Shown one piece after another: positions 44,662-45,334 of a stretch of 45,334 nucleotides of DNA. Under the pieces are notes generated by a model, which searched no databases, was not told where the DNA came from, and saw nothing but the letters and a program-made list of their open reading frames with translations. Position 1 is the first letter of the stretch. Each line of letters starts with the position of its first letter. The position numbers and the translations under genes are program-made. The DNA lies in the NCBI GenBank assembly GCA_047445235.1, contig JBLGEO010000019.1:1-45334 (forward strand). Reading direction: 5' to 3'. Source of the DNA: Candidatus Dojkabacteria bacterium (GTDB lineage Bacteria; Patescibacteriota; Dojkabacteria; J137).

Positions 44662-45334
44662 ATGAACAAGACTCTAGAGAGTTTTAAGCTTAAAGAAGCT
44701 TGGACGTACTTATTTAAAGAAAAACAGTGGGGTTTAAAATTATTACTTCCAGTTGTACCTGCAGTGGTCTTTGGGTTAATAGCAGCACCAATTTTTATAA
44801 TATTCACATTACTAGTTTTCAATGCAGACGCTAAGCCAACTGGGAATGCTTTTACAGCAGCAGGAGCTTTAGGAACAATTCTTCTACTTTGCCTTTGTTG
44901 CGTTATTGTTTTATTTGCTGTGGTTCAATCAATAATTAGTTATTGGTATCAATATGAGTATACTCAAATCGCTTTAGAAGACAGAGAGAGCGTTTTATTG
45001 ACTAAACCAAGCAAGATGGATGTAATTAAGAAAGCAGTCAAATTAGCCCTTGTTAATTTAATCTACAACATTCCAACAAGCATTCTTTTAGGATTTTTTT
45101 ATGCACTATTTATAGTTACAGGTGGAGTAAGACAAACTAAGTATGTATACGGAGTAATGAACACTGGTAGTCTTAGTGCTATAGGAATTCTTTTACTTTG
45201 TATAGTAATGTTGATAGCTGTATTTATAGTTTTACCTTACAACTTCTATATTGTGCAAACTGCAAAAGTAGTTTTAATTAGAACTAATACATTTAGAGAA
45301 GCTTTTAGAGTTAGAACAATAATGGGTATTGCTA
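44662..45334 (+). CDS. polytopic membrane protein, DUF4013-like, 3' end outside the window
   Basis: Not in the ORF track because there is no stop. I translated it by hand from ATG 44662 and it stays open to the window edge: MNKTLESFKLKEAWTYLFKEKQWGLKLLLPVV... with at least 4 hydrophobic helices. The family guess is weak. Confidence 0.7.
   Translation, partial: MNKTLESFKLKEAWTYLFKEKQWGLKLLLPVVPAVVFGLIAAPIFIIFTLLVFNADAKPTGNAFTAAGALGTILLLCLCCVIVLFAVVQSIISYWYQYEYTQIALEDRESVLLTKPSKMDVIKKAVKLALVNLIYNIPTSILLGFFYALFIVTGGVRQTKYVYGVMNTGSLSAIGILLLCIVMLIAVFIVLPYNFYIVQTAKVVLIRTNTFREAFRVRTIMGIA

Noticed and set aside
1-45334. Alternative genetic code (UGA recoding as in some CPR lineages), CRISPR arrays, rRNA genes, and IS or integrase genes.
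   Set aside because: Long ORFs are intact under the standard code, and TGA clearly terminates thrS, trhO and the ABC ATPase gene. I found no spacer-repeat array, no rRNA-like conserved segments, and no transposase/integrase-like translations in any frame of the track.

Overview
This is a 45.3-kb, AT-rich, tightly packed bacterial chromosome segment. It uses the standard genetic code: ORFs are long and uninterrupted, and TAA, TAG and TGA all act as stops. I infer a small-genome Patescibacteria/CPR-like organism. The reasons are a PrgI-family protein, a VirB2/TrbC-type pilin domain on a large Cys-rich ectodomain, many large anchored surface proteins, a truncated dcw cluster, frequent TAATG/ATGA start-stop overlaps, and little Shine-Dalgarno usage. 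Housekeeping genes recognised are thrS (5' partial), rplU-rpmA, tRNA-Leu(UAA)-secG, mraZ-rsmH-ftsL-ftsI, trhO, a yhaM-like RNase, murG, lemA, a LysM/M23 peptidase, a GT2 synthase and a GldA/GldF-GldG-like ABC transporter. The rest is envelope and surface biology: FN3/LPXTG proteins, a pilin-domain giant, a tail-fibre-like 1187-aa repeat protein, and CarboxypepD_reg-domain membrane proteins. There are also several orphan proteins, including a 1032-aa cytoplasmic protein next to the dcw promoter. No rRNA, CRISPR array, transposase, integrase or recognisable defence genes were seen. The most unusual signal is non-genic. A modular extragenic repeat family sits in three convergent-gene junctions (15232-15389, 34093-34253, 40449-40722). 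In the third copy the palindrome arms are split by about 235 nt of G+C-enriched, hairpin-dense sequence, which is a candidate novel structured RNA or MITE-like element. All family assignments come from reading the translations by eye; no database search was possible.
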